Under the pieces are notes generated by a model. That model saw only the letters and a program-made list of their open reading frames with translations. It was not told the origin of the DNA and ran no database searches. From Prevotella sp. UBA3757 (GTDB taxonomy: Bacteria; Bacteroidota; Bacteroidia; Bacteroidales; Bacteroidaceae), in assembly GCA_002371715.1 (NCBI GenBank), contig DFGF01000068.1, forward strand, positions 2,032-66,031: 64,000 nt of DNA, written 5' to 3'. Both the position numbers and the translations under genes were made by a program. This document shows positions 17,644 to 27,772 of the stretch, in pieces. How positions within the stretch are numbered: position 1 is the stretch's first letter; each line of letters opens with the position of its first letter.

Positions 17644-19053
17644 ATGGGAAATAGTCCAAAGGCGCTTTGGGACAACTGCCTTAGTCTGATTAAGGAAAAC
17701 GTCACGGAGCAGCAATTCAGAACGTGGTTCGCGCCAATCGTCTTCGAGAGTTACAACGAAGACACGCGGACTTTACTCGTACAGGTACCGAGTATGTACG
17801 TGTACGAGTATCTGGAGCAGTATTATGTCGGCCTGCTGAGCAAGGCGCTGACCCGCTGTTTCGGTCAGAGCATCCAGCTGACTTACCGTATCGTGACTGA
17901 CAAGCAGCATGGCTTGTCGCAGGATGTAGAGGCTGAGGCTCCTGTCAATATCGACTTCCCGCAGCCCGTCGTGGGTGGCAATAAGGCTCCTGACATCCTC
18001 GATGCTGCCGTGCCGCAGGACCTCAATCCCCAGCTCGACATCCATAAGACGTTCCAGAACTTTATCGAGGGCGACTCCAATAAGTTGCCGCGTACCGTTG
18101 GTGTCTCGATAGCCGAGCATCCGGGTAAGTCTACCTTCAACCCCTTCTTTGTCTACGGACCGTCGGGGTGTGGCAAGACGCACCTTATTAATGCCATTGG
18201 CGTGCGTTGCAAGGAGATGTACCCTGCAAAGCGGGTCCTCTACGTGTCGGCTCGCCTCTTCCAGGTGCAGTTTACCGATGCCGTCCGCCAAAACAAGGTC
18301 AACGAGTTTATTCAGTTCTATCAGACCATCGACGTGCTGATAGTCGACGACATACAGGAGTGGGCAACAGCCACGAAGACGCTTGACACTTTCTTCCATA
18401 TTTTCGACCACCTGTTCCGTCTGGGCAAACAGATTATTCTGGCCTCCGACCGGCCGCCCGTTGACCTGCAGGGCGTCAAGGATCGTCTGCTGACGCGTTT
18501 TGCCTGTGGACTGATTGCCGAACTGGAGCAGCCTAATGTCCAGTTGTGCATCGACATACTGAAGGCCAAGTGTCGTCGGGACGGACTGAATATCCCTGCT
18601 GACGTCATCCAGTTCATCGCTGAGACTGCCAATGGCAGCGTGCGCGACTTGGAGGGTGTGGTCAACCAGTTGTTGGCCTATTCCATCGTCTACAACTCGA
18701 ATGTCGACATGCGTTTGGCCGAGCGCGTCATCAAGCGTGCCGTCAAGATAGACAACAAGCCGCTAACCATCGACGACATCCTCGAGAAAGTATGCACTCA
18801 CTACAATGTGCCCCAGCAGCAGGTTTTCAGTCGCAGCCGTAAGCGCGACTATGTGCTGGTACGTCAGGTTTCCATGTATCTGGCTCAGAAGTACACGAAG
18901 ATGCCAGCTTCGCGTATTGGTCAGCTCATTGGCGGCCGTGACCATTCCACCGTCATCCACAGCTGCTCGACCATCGAACAGCGCCTGAAGGTCGACAAGG
19001 CATTCCTTTCTGAACTCAACAGCATTGAGAACTCCTTCAAACTTAAGAAGTAG
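17644..19053 (+). CDS. dnaA: Chromosomal replication initiator DnaA
   Basis: FRTWF, FNPFFVYGPSGCGKTHL (Walker A), LIVDDIQ (Walker B), SVRDLEG, RQVSMYL and GGRDHSTVIH. Confidence 0.98.
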   Translation: MGNSPKALWDNCLSLIKENVTEQQFRTWFAPIVFESYNEDTRTLLVQVPSMYVYEYLEQYYVGLLSKALTRCFGQSIQLTYRIVTDKQHGLSQDVEAEAPVNIDFPQPVVGGNKAPDILDAAVPQDLNPQLDIHKTFQNFIEGDSNKLPRTVGVSIAEHPGKSTFNPFFVYGPSGCGKTHLINAIGVRCKEMYPAKRVLYVSARLFQVQFTDAVRQNKVNEFIQFYQTIDVLIVDDIQEWATATKTLDTFFHIFDHLFRLGKQIILASDRPPVDLQGVKDRLLTRFACGLIAELEQPNVQLCIDILKAKCRRDGLNIPADVIQFIAETANGSVRDLEGVVNQLLAYSIVYNSNVDMRLAERVIKRAVKIDNKPLTIDDILEKVCTHYNVPQQQVFSRSRKRDYVLVRQVSMYLAQKYTKMPASRIGQLIGGRDHSTVIHSCSTIEQRLKVDKAFLSELNSIENSFKLKK

Positions 19054-19135
19054 CTCTTGCCTTTTCTGCTCTTTTGTGGTGTTACTTCGGTAGCATGGCC
19101 ACGGCCTTGAACATGAATTGTGCCGCCGATGGCTG

Positions 19136-20083
19136 TCACCCAACAGCCCGCATGTTACGGGCAAGCTGGGCGGTGCTGCTGGCACCAACAAGTACGCTGG
19201 TGACGCCTTGTTGCTGTAGAATCCAGCGCAGGGCGCGCTCGGCCAGTGTGCGCCCTTCGGCCAGTGCCTCGGCGTTCCACGCCTGAAGCTGCTGGAGCAG
19301 CTGGGGTGTCAGCATCTCGTGTTTCAGGAAATGCTCGCGCGTCATGCGCGACCCCTCAGGAATGCCGTTGAGGTAGCGGTCGGTCAGCAGCCCCTGGGCC
19401 AGTGGCGAGAAGGAGATGAAACCTACTCCCGACTCGTGGCAGAGCTGCAGGATGCCCTCGTCCATGGGGGCGCGGTCGAGCATGTTGAGGCGTCCCTGGT
19501 AGATGAGCAGGGGCACGTCGCGCTCCTTGAGATACTGGATGGCAAAGCGCGTGGCGTCGAGCGGCCATCGTGAGATGCCGACGTAGAGGGCCTTGCCCGT
19601 GCGGACGATGTCGACGAGGGCCTGCAGGGTCTCCTCCAATGGCGTGTCGGGGTCGTAGCGGTGGGAATAGAAGAGGTCGACATAGTCGAGACGCATGCGG
19701 CGCAGCGACTGGTCGAGCGAGGCCATGAGATACTTGCGTGAGCCCCAGTTGCCATAGGGGCCGTCCCACATGTCGTAGCCGGCCTTGGTCGAGATGAACA
19801 GTTCGTCGCGGTAGGGCCGGAAGTCCTCGTCCATGACGCGCCCTAACGTCTGCTCGGCCGAACCGTACGGCGGGCCGTAGTTGTTGGCCAGGTCGAGGTG
19901 AGTGATGCCGTGGTCGAAGGCATAGCGCAGGATTTCCCTGGAGCGCTGGTAGTCGTCGATGCCTCCGAAGTTGTGCCACAGTCCGAGACTGATTTTTGGC
20001 AGCAGTACGCCCGAACGTCCGCAGCGCTGGTAGAGCGTTGCGGACTGTTCGTAGCGTGTGGGGCTTGCTGTATAATGATTCAT
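19136..20083 (-). CDS. Aldo/keto reductase (YghZ/MgrA-like)
   Basis: CGRSGVLLPKISLGLWHNFG, DLANNYGPPYGSAE, STKAGY, GSRKYLMASLDQSL and SPLAQGLL. Confidence 0.92.
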   Translation of the reverse strand: MNHYTASPTRYEQSATLYQRCGRSGVLLPKISLGLWHNFGGIDDYQRSREILRYAFDHGITHLDLANNYGPPYGSAEQTLGRVMDEDFRPYRDELFISTKAGYDMWDGPYGNWGSRKYLMASLDQSLRRMRLDYVDLFYSHRYDPDTPLEETLQALVDIVRTGKALYVGISRWPLDATRFAIQYLKERDVPLLIYQGRLNMLDRAPMDEGILQLCHESGVGFISFSPLAQGLLTDRYLNGIPEGSRMTREHFLKHEMLTPQLLQQLQAWNAEALAEGRTLAERALRWILQQQGVTSVLVGASSTAQLARNMRAVG

Positions 20084-20105
20084 GATGTTTGTGGAGTGTT
20101 TGGAA

Positions 20106-22676
20106 TTATAGTTTCTTGATGAGTCTGACCGCTGAGTTGAGTCCGCTTTTTACGGGTTCCCACTGGTCGTAAGTGGTCTTCTTGTAGTTGATGTCGACCA
20201 CGTTGATTTCCTCCATCTTGCGCCACTTCACCCCCCGGCGGTCCAGGTCGGCAATACGGTTGGCTGGCAGGTTGGTGACCTCAATGCGGATTTCGTTCTT
20301 GCCGGCCTTCAGGTCACCGGCCTTGACGTCGAGCACGTATGGCACGCTCCAGGCGCAGCCTACGAACTGGCCGTTGATGTAGACGCGGGCCGACTCGCGG
20401 ACGTCACCCAGGTCAATCTGCCAGGACTGTGCGTCCTTCAGGTCGCGCTTTTTCAGTTTCAGCAGGGTGGTATAGACGCCAGTACCCATGGTCACGCGCA
20501 CGCTGTCGTCGTCGAGCGTCTCCCAGGTCTGGAGTTGCTGGAGGTTGAAGGTCTTTGTCACCTTCGGTGCCTCCTCAGTGAATGCCAGCTGCCAGGGGCC
20601 GTTGAGCGGGTAGTCCTGTTGGGCGGAGGGTTGCGACAATGTTGCAGCAGACGGGGACAGGGCCGCTGTATTGGACGGCGTCGCTGTATTAAACGTCTGG
20701 ACGATGATGCTCTGACCGGAACGTAGGGCCAGGTGCAGTTTGCCTGCCGTAATGGTGGCGGGAGTGATGTCGCCATTGAGCGGGTTGAAGAGTGTGGCGC
20801 TCTGGAAGGGTACGGCCAGGGGAACGTCTGCCTCAATGTCACGTGGCGTGAGGTTGGCTATGAAGTAATGATAGCCCGTGTCGTTGCGGCGCCGGATGGC
20901 CTTCAGCCCGAGGCGCGTCTTCATGGCTTCCGGCTGGGCAGCACGTGCAAGCGCCTTTGCGTCGACGTTGTAGAAGACGGGTGCGCCCTGAGCCTTCAGG
21001 GCTGCAATGTGGTCTTTCACCGTCTGGGGCATGCGGCCCGAACCGGGGATGATGAGCCCCCGGTAGCGCGTGCCGGCAGCGGTCATGAGCGTGCCGTCCT
21101 TGTAGCGGACGCCCATGAGCAGTCGCTCGGAGATGTAGTCGCAGTCGAATCCGGCACGGTCAATGTCGAGTATCGTTTGGATGAACTCCGGCGCCAGCTT
21201 GCCCATGGCGTGGATTGAGAACTGCATGAGCAGCTTCTTGGGATTCTTTTGCCACATATCGCGTACGGGTAGCAATACGAGGAAGTCGTTGTCGGGCTGT
21301 CCCCACTGCAGGAAAGACTGGCTGCGCTCCACGTACTGCATGAAGTAGGGGGCATCGCGCCAGATGCTGTTTGTCGGTGACATGTCGATGGACGCATAGA
21401 ACTTCCAGCCCGGCCAGGGGTCGTCCTTGGGCGAATAGCAGGTGCCGTGGAAGTACATGTGGTTGACGCCGGCACAGAACATCAGGTCGAGGTCGGGCTT
21501 CAGCTGCGACAGCGACGTGCGGAAGTGCTCGGTGAGCCAGGTGAAGGTCTCGCTCGACGTGTAGGGCTTGCCACAGACGTGGGCGGCCGACGGGGCGTAC
21601 TTGAACATCGAGTAGTCAGAGTCGTTCTTGCGCGTCTTGCCTGGGTCGGTGCGCAGGCCCTTGATGCCGAAGTCGGAGAGTCCGAAGCCCTCAATCTCCG
21701 GGATGTCGACGGCGGCGTAGCAGTCGATGAGGTTGGCAGGTGACCCGTGGGCCTGGTTGCGCGTGGTGGCGCCGTGCGAGTGTGCCCAGGCTGTCCACTG
21801 CTGGGTGAAGTTCTCAAGCAGCAGGTCGCCGAGTGTCTCACGGTAGTCAGCCACGATGTTGGCGTCTGCGGCAATAAGCTGGGGCAGATGCGCCTCGAGT
21901 TTGTAGCCGCGGCGTTTCTCGAACTCCTGGAAGAGGGTGGGAGTCCAGGTGGCCTCGCTTACTTCGTAGCTGTCGTTGAAGAAGGTACGCGGATAGGGCG
22001 TGCCGGTGCGCTCGAAGGCTTCTTCGATGTGTTTCAGGTAGTTGGCAACGGCCTTTCGGTCGAAGTGGTCAATGACCAAGCCCTCGCCGCCGGGTGCGGC
22101 ACGCTTCACCTTCATGACACCATATTTAATATATACGGCAATGGCCTTCGTGGCCTCCTTCGACTGCAGGTCAACCATCTGTCCGTCCTTGTCGTAGGCC
22201 ACGATGCGGTCCAGGCGGCTGTTGACGGCATCCTTGCCCGACAGCGAGAAGTCCGGAGTCGTGCCCGGTGTGACGTCCCGCTCGACGAAGATGACCCTGC
22301 TGGCGCTCTCCTCCAGTGGCACCCACGGTCCGCCGAAGGGCCATCCTGTGCCTGTGGCCATGTCGAGCTCTATGCCGTTCTGCCGGCACTGCTCGCGGGT
22401 GTATCGCAGCATTTCCATCCACTTGTCGGAGAGGTAGGGAATGTTGTTCGCCTGGTTACCCTGGACGCCATATAGCGGCGTAATCTCGAGCGAGCCTATG
22501 CCGTGGTCGGCATATTGCTTCAGGTTCCACTTCAGGTTCTCCTTGTCGACGGCCGAGCCCAGCCACCACCAGCGCGCGCCAGCCTTGGCCTCGTTGGTGA
22601 CCGGTGGCCAGGACTGGGCCTCTGTGGTTGCGGCAAAGCCGCAACATACACAGAACAAAAGGAAGATTCGTTTCAT
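20106..22676 (-). CDS. Secreted glycoside hydrolase family 106 (alpha-L-rhamnosidase-like)
   Basis: RWWWLGSAV, GTGWPFGGP, VKRAAPGGEGLVIDH, FFNDSYE, NQAHGSP, PEIEGF and SSETFT; signal peptide. The start could be 22688. Confidence 0.82.
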   Translation of the reverse strand: MKRIFLLFCVCCGFAATTEAQSWPPVTNEAKAGARWWWLGSAVDKENLKWNLKQYADHGIGSLEITPLYGVQGNQANNIPYLSDKWMEMLRYTREQCRQNGIELDMATGTGWPFGGPWVPLEESASRVIFVERDVTPGTTPDFSLSGKDAVNSRLDRIVAYDKDGQMVDLQSKEATKAIAVYIKYGVMKVKRAAPGGEGLVIDHFDRKAVANYLKHIEEAFERTGTPYPRTFFNDSYEVSEATWTPTLFQEFEKRRGYKLEAHLPQLIAADANIVADYRETLGDLLLENFTQQWTAWAHSHGATTRNQAHGSPANLIDCYAAVDIPEIEGFGLSDFGIKGLRTDPGKTRKNDSDYSMFKYAPSAAHVCGKPYTSSETFTWLTEHFRTSLSQLKPDLDLMFCAGVNHMYFHGTCYSPKDDPWPGWKFYASIDMSPTNSIWRDAPYFMQYVERSQSFLQWGQPDNDFLVLLPVRDMWQKNPKKLLMQFSIHAMGKLAPEFIQTILDIDRAGFDCDYISERLLMGVRYKDGTLMTAAGTRYRGLIIPGSGRMPQTVKDHIAALKAQGAPVFYNVDAKALARAAQPEAMKTRLGLKAIRRRNDTGYHYFIANLTPRDIEADVPLAVPFQSATLFNPLNGDITPATITAGKLHLALRSGQSIIVQTFNTATPSNTAALSPSAATLSQPSAQQDYPLNGPWQLAFTEEAPKVTKTFNLQQLQTWETLDDDSVRVTMGTGVYTTLLKLKKRDLKDAQSWQIDLGDVRESARVYINGQFVGCAWSVPYVLDVKAGDLKAGKNEIRIEVTNLPANRIADLDRRGVKWRKMEEINVVDINYKKTTYDQWEPVKSGLNSAVRLIKKL

Positions 22677-22698
22677 CGTGATTTGCATTGAGGTTGGT

Positions 22699-22730
22699 AA
22701 TTTCTCATTCTCTCATTTCCTTATTTTCTC
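22699..22730 (-). repeat. Degenerate 8-bp array spanning the GH105 stop codon
   Basis: Plus strand reads aatttctc attctctc atttcctt attttctc. Confidence 0.6.
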
Positions 22731-23863
22731 AGTAGCTTGTAGTATTCTGAGAGGCCGAGGAGGTAGCAGCCGGTGCCATAGTCCTCGAAGTCGGGTACTG
22801 AGGTGAAGGTGACGGGCTGGCCTGCCGAGGGGTCTTTACCCGTGCCCTGGTTCCAACCCAGGAAACCGTCGCTGTGCAGGCAGGACTGGAGGGCCTGCCA
22901 TGCCTTGTCGCATGCGGGGCGATACTTGTCGGCTTTGAGGTACCCTTTCTGGATGCCCCAGGCCATGCCGTAGAGGAAGAGGGCGGTACCCGTCATTTCT
23001 GGGGTGGGGTATTCGCAGTCGCTGACCAGCGAGGCGTGCCAGAATCCGTCGGCGTGCTGACAGTTCAGCAGTCCCTCGGACATGAGCAGGAAGTCCTTCT
23101 TCAGTTGCTTGTAAGCCTTGTCCTTGGCTGGCAGCTCGTTCATGGAGCGCACCAGTGCGGCATATACCCAGCCGTTGCCACGGCTCCAATAGCAGTCCTT
23201 GCCGTCCTTCTCCTTGTAAGGCGGCACGTAGTCGGCATCGCGCCACCACAGTCCGCTCTTCGTGTTGAACAGTCCGCCGCCGCAGGTGTTACGGCTCCAG
23301 AGATACATCTTCAGGGCGTGGTCGCGGTATTTCGTGTCGCCTGTCAGCTTGTATATCTGCATGTAGAGCGGCATGGCCATCTGAATGGCGTCAATCCATG
23401 TCCACCAGCCGTACAGTTCGCCGTTGGCTTTCTTGTCGTTGGGCGTCACCATCTGGTGGTCCAGGTTGGCGATGACGACGCTGAGCACGTCGCGATAGTC
23501 CCTCTTGGTGTAGGGCACCAGTTCGACATACGTCTGTCCGCAGCACTGGTCGTCGGCATCGCACGTGTTCACGCCGTTGCGGGGTGTCCACTTGTGGAAG
23601 TCGGCCCAGCGCATGGCGTAGTCGATGTAGCGCTGCTGCGGGTCGACGGCGTTGAGCGCCATGAGTCCCTCGTAGTAGACGGCACGCGTCCAGAGTGACG
23701 AGGGGCGGATGCGCTTGACATTGGTAGGCAGGGTGGGGTCGGCGTACTTCGTCATGAAGTAGTCGTTGGTCTTGCGGGCGGCGTCGAGGACGATGGAGGG
23801 TTGGGCGTTGAGGGCTGTGACAAAGCCACAGCACACGCAGAACATAATCAGAAATCGTTTCAT
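22721..23863 (-). CDS. Unsaturated rhamnogalacturonyl hydrolase (GH105/GH88 clan)
   Basis: WTRAVYYEG, ADDQCCGQ, WWTWIDAIQM, YWSRGNGW, GFWHASL and EDYGTGCYLL; signal peptide. Confidence 0.85.
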   Translation of the reverse strand: MKRFLIMFCVCCGFVTALNAQPSIVLDAARKTNDYFMTKYADPTLPTNVKRIRPSSLWTRAVYYEGLMALNAVDPQQRYIDYAMRWADFHKWTPRNGVNTCDADDQCCGQTYVELVPYTKRDYRDVLSVVIANLDHQMVTPNDKKANGELYGWWTWIDAIQMAMPLYMQIYKLTGDTKYRDHALKMYLWSRNTCGGGLFNTKSGLWWRDADYVPPYKEKDGKDCYWSRGNGWVYAALVRSMNELPAKDKAYKQLKKDFLLMSEGLLNCQHADGFWHASLVSDCEYPTPEMTGTALFLYGMAWGIQKGYLKADKYRPACDKAWQALQSCLHSDGFLGWNQGTGKDPSAGQPVTFTSVPDFEDYGTGCYLLGLSEYYKLLRK

Positions 23864-23878
23864 AGTGCTATAATCCTT

Positions 23879-26251
23879 TTATTTAGTTTCAAGTTTTGTT
23901 GTTATGCTTTTGAAGGTGTTTGGCTTCGTTGTCAGGGTAATCTTTGACGGTTGGCGCCCGCTGCGCAGGATGACCATGGCCTGGCCCTGCCAGAGCCGTA
24001 TGTGATTGGCGGTCGACAGTTCGTCGCTGCTGATGTCGCCATTGCTGACAGCCACGATGCTGGCATCGCCGTCAACCTCGAATGTCAGCTCGTCGTCATA
24101 CGACAGCGTGCGGCGGCCCTTGCTGTCGACGGCCGTCACGCGGACGTGCTGCAAGTCCTTGCCGTCGGCCCGCCACTGCTGGTTGTCGGGTTCTATCAGC
24201 AGTTTGACGGGTTTGCCGGTCGTCTCGATGGCGTGGCGTGCCACTGGCTTGCCGTTACGGTAGGCCACAGCCTCCAGTTTCCCCTTCTTGTAGTCAATCT
24301 CACCCCAGCGAATCTGGTTGCGCAGTTTGGCGTTGCTGACGGTGTTGGCCTTGCGGCCCAGACTCTTGCCGTTGAGCAGCAGTTCCACCTCGTCGCCATT
24401 GGTGTAGACGATGATGTTGGCTTTGGAGCCTTCCTTGCGGTTCCAGTTTTCAGTCATACGGTCGCCAGCCATCTTGACGCCGTTCCATTCTGAGGCGTTC
24501 TCGCTTTCGAGGATGGCCAGATGGACGACGGGTTCGTCGGGCTTGAAGAACGACCGCATATAGTAGGACTTGGGTTTGGGGTCGAGCGAGATGTAGAAGA
24601 CACCCTGTGCCCACCCCTTCTGAGGCCATCCGAAGCTCTCGCCCAGGTAGTCGATGGCACCCCAGTAAGCCAGTCCGATGACCTTGTCAAGCTCCATCTC
24701 GAAGAAGTTCTGGCCCATCGCCTGAGTCGATGCCTCGCTCTGGTAGAACGTCATCCAGGGGAAGCGTCGCCCGTCACCGGGGAAGTACATATACCTATAG
24801 TTATAGGCCTGGATGTCGGTCTGCATAGCCAGGTCACAGGGCAGTGAGTCGGTCTCCCAGTTGCGGTAGCGCGGGTGCATGGCTACGGTGACCTTGCGGG
24901 TCGAGTCGTAGCGCTCCAGCACGGGCTTCATCATCTTGTAGCACGTCACGCCCCAGTCGTTGAAGGGCTGGTTGGGGTCCTGCTGCAGCTCGTTGCCGAG
25001 GCTCCACAGGACGACGCTGGGCGAGTTGCGGTCGCGCTTGACCCATTCCTGCACGTCGTAGGCCCAGTGGTTCATGAACGGTGCACGGCTGCCGGTGTGC
25101 TGTCTGGTCCATTTGTCGTAGAGTTCGTCGACCACCAGGATGCCGTACTTGTCGCACAGCTCTATGAAACTGCGGCTGTAGGGGTTGTGGCTGGTACGGA
25201 TATGGTTCATGCCAAACTCCTTCATCAGCAGGATGCGCTTCTCGATGGCGCGCGGATAGGCTGCTGCGCCCAGTGCGCCGAGCGTGTGGTGGTTGGCATA
25301 GCCCTTGAGCAGCACCTTCTTGCCGTTGACCTTCAGTCCGAACGACGGTCCGAACTCGATGGTGCGGATGCCGAAGTGCTCCGAATACGTGTCGCAGACC
25401 TTGCCGTCCTTGGTCATCAGCGTGACCTCGGCGCGGTAGAGGTTCGGCTGCTCGGTGTCCCAGAGTTGCGGGGCCTTTACCTCCACCTCCTTCATCCTGA
25501 CTTCCTGCGTGCGCGAGGCGGACCGGCGGGTGAAGTTCTCCTTCGACTCGTAGATGCAGATGCCGTTGGGGTCGTAGAGTTTCAGCAGCATGCTGACATC
25601 CTTCTGGCGGCTGTTGTTGGTATATTCTACGCCGACGGTGACGAAGCGGTTCTCGCGTGTGGTGATATAAAGCGGATGGCGCTCCAGATAGAGGTCTGCC
25701 GATGTCGTGATGAGGTTGACGTCGCGGAACAGGCCACCGCCGGTGTACCAGCGCGATGCCCGTTCGTTCTGTGTCTCGGCCTTGACGACCAGCACGTTGT
25801 CGCCAGCCTTCACCAGTTTGGTGACGTCAATCTGGAATCCCACATAGCCGTAGTCTGTTCCGCCAATGCGCTTGCCGTTCAGGTAGACGTCAGCCGTCAG
25901 CATGATGCCCTCGAAGTCAAGCAGCAGCCGCTTGCCCTTCAGCTGTTCCGGGCTGATATTTAAAATCTTTTTATACCAGCCGGTACCGATTTCCTTGAAT
26001 CCGCGCGCCGACAGGCGGCTCTTGATGTTGGCCGCTGCGTCGGTGTTGTCGGCTTTCTCGTCGGCAGCGGGTGGCACCCACGGCTGTGAAATCTGAAAGT
26101 CGTGGGGTACGCTGATGGTTTCCGTGTTGGTGAACAGTGAGTCGCGGCTGAATTGCCAGTCGAAGTTCAGGGTCTCGACTTGGCGTTGTTGTGCGTGAGC
26201 GGCGGAACACACGAACAGTGCTGCCGATAGCAGTGGGATGATTCGTTTCAT
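23879..26251 (-). CDS. Glycoside hydrolase family 2 (beta-galactosidase-like), secreted
   Basis: LLDFEG, SRWYTGGGLFRDV, FGIRTI, MNHIRTSHNP, RDRNSPSVVLWSLGNE (acid/base) and YQSE; C-terminal Ig-like domains. Confidence 0.9.
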   Translation of the reverse strand: MKRIIPLLSAALFVCSAAHAQQRQVETLNFDWQFSRDSLFTNTETISVPHDFQISQPWVPPAADEKADNTDAAANIKSRLSARGFKEIGTGWYKKILNISPEQLKGKRLLLDFEGIMLTADVYLNGKRIGGTDYGYVGFQIDVTKLVKAGDNVLVVKAETQNERASRWYTGGGLFRDVNLITTSADLYLERHPLYITTRENRFVTVGVEYTNNSRQKDVSMLLKLYDPNGICIYESKENFTRRSASRTQEVRMKEVEVKAPQLWDTEQPNLYRAEVTLMTKDGKVCDTYSEHFGIRTIEFGPSFGLKVNGKKVLLKGYANHHTLGALGAAAYPRAIEKRILLMKEFGMNHIRTSHNPYSRSFIELCDKYGILVVDELYDKWTRQHTGSRAPFMNHWAYDVQEWVKRDRNSPSVVLWSLGNELQQDPNQPFNDWGVTCYKMMKPVLERYDSTRKVTVAMHPRYRNWETDSLPCDLAMQTDIQAYNYRYMYFPGDGRRFPWMTFYQSEASTQAMGQNFFEMELDKVIGLAYWGAIDYLGESFGWPQKGWAQGVFYISLDPKPKSYYMRSFFKPDEPVVHLAILESENASEWNGVKMAGDRMTENWNRKEGSKANIIVYTNGDEVELLLNGKSLGRKANTVSNAKLRNQIRWGEIDYKKGKLEAVAYRNGKPVARHAIETTGKPVKLLIEPDNQQWRADGKDLQHVRVTAVDSKGRRTLSYDDELTFEVDGDASIVAVSNGDISSDELSTANHIRLWQGQAMVILRSGRQPSKITLTTKPNTFKSITTKLETK

Positions 26252-26277
26252 AGCTTGATTAGTTTGTAATGTTTGGG

Positions 26278-26336
26278 CAAAGGTAATAAAAAAAATGAAA
26301 AGAGCACAATGTTTTTCAGATTTTTTCGTACCTTTG
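26278..26336. promoter_or_regulatory. Divergent -7 promoter pair driving the two arms of the pectin cluster
   Basis: TACCTTTG on the minus strand at 26278-26285 and on the plus strand at 26329-26336. Confidence 0.7.
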
Positions 26337-26374
26337 CCGCATTAACATACTATATTGCTTAAAAACTATTGGTG

Positions 26375-27772
26375 ATGACAAGACTTTTATTCGTGTTTCT
26401 TTTCTGTGTGTGTGGCTTATTGGGACATGCCGCAAATGTCTATAGCGTGATGGACTATGGCGCCAAGGGCGATGGCAAAACGCTGGACTCGCCAGCCATT
26501 AACCGTGCCATCGAAGCGGCGGCAGCCAATGGTGGAGGGCGCATCGAGCTACCTGCAGGCTGCTACCTTTGTGGCAGTATCCGGCTAAAGGACAATATCG
26601 AGTTACATCTGATGGCCGGTGCCAAGATTGTGGCGGCTCCGGCCAGCATGAAGGCCTATGACGCCAGCGAGGTGTTTGGTGGCCCGGAATACCAGGATGG
26701 TGGGCATACGTATTTCCATAATTCCCTTATCTGGGCCGAGGGTCGTCATCACGTCGCCATCACGGGGCAGGGCATGATAGACGGCGTGGGCCTCACCAAA
26801 AAGGATACCGAGAAGGCCGGTCAGGTCCAGGGTGGCTCAATAGGTACCGGCGATAAGGCCATTGCCCTGAAGCTATGCCGCAACGTGACCATCCGCGATG
26901 TCACCATCTACCGTGGCGGCCACTTTGCCATCATCGTGACGGGCTGTGACATTGGTACGATTGACAACGTCACCATCGATACCAATCGCGATGGCATTGA
27001 CATTGACTGCTGCAAGTATTTTACGGTGAGCAATACGAAGGTGAATACGCCCAGCGACGATGCCATAGTCCTGAAGAGTTCGTATGCCCTGAAGCGTCCG
27101 GTGCTCTGCGAACATATCACGATTACCAACTGCATCGTGACCGGCTACAAGCTGGGTACTTTTCTGGACGGGAGCTATGTGCCAGAGAAGGTAAACTGGG
27201 TGTGCGGGCGCATCAAGCTTGGCACCGAGTCGAACGGCGGTTACCGCAATATCACCATCTCCAACTGCACCTGCATGTGGTCGAGCGGCCTGGCGTTCGA
27301 GGAGGTCGACCAGGGCATGATGGAGAACATCACCGTGTCGAACATCTCGATGTCGCATGTTCATCATTATCCCATCTACATCACTACGGGGTGTCGCAAC
27401 CGTGGGCCGAAGGAGAGTACGACCGTCTCCACAGCTCGCGACATATATATAAATAATGTGGTGGCCGACGACTGTGATTCGCTGGCAGGCATCATCGTGA
27501 CCGGCATGCCCGGTACACCCATCAGGAATGTCTCGCTCTGCAATATCCGCATCCAGTATCGCGGTGGCGGACAGAAGGTCAGCAAGCCCTACCGGGAGCA
27601 GGGCACCAACTACCCCGAACCGCGCTGGGCCGGGCCGACGCCGGCCTACGGGCTCTATGCCCGACATGTAGACGGCCTGACGCTGCGCAATGTGCGCTTT
27701 GAACTGATGCGCCCCGACGAGCGCCCTGACATGATTCTGGAAGATGTAACAAATCACGATATACAACAATGA
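26375..27772 (+). CDS. Glycoside hydrolase family 28 (polygalacturonase/rhamnogalacturonan hydrolase type)
   Basis: YGAKGDG...AINRAI, NRDGIDID, DDAIVLKS and RIKLGTES; beta-helix repeats; signal peptide. Confidence 0.88.
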   Translation: MTRLLFVFLFCVCGLLGHAANVYSVMDYGAKGDGKTLDSPAINRAIEAAAANGGGRIELPAGCYLCGSIRLKDNIELHLMAGAKIVAAPASMKAYDASEVFGGPEYQDGGHTYFHNSLIWAEGRHHVAITGQGMIDGVGLTKKDTEKAGQVQGGSIGTGDKAIALKLCRNVTIRDVTIYRGGHFAIIVTGCDIGTIDNVTIDTNRDGIDIDCCKYFTVSNTKVNTPSDDAIVLKSSYALKRPVLCEHITITNCIVTGYKLGTFLDGSYVPEKVNWVCGRIKLGTESNGGYRNITISNCTCMWSSGLAFEEVDQGMMENITVSNISMSHVHHYPIYITTGCRNRGPKESTTVSTARDIYINNVVADDCDSLAGIIVTGMPGTPIRNVSLCNIRIQYRGGGQKVSKPYREQGTNYPEPRWAGPTPAYGLYARHVDGLTLRNVRFELMRPDERPDMILEDVTNHDIQQ

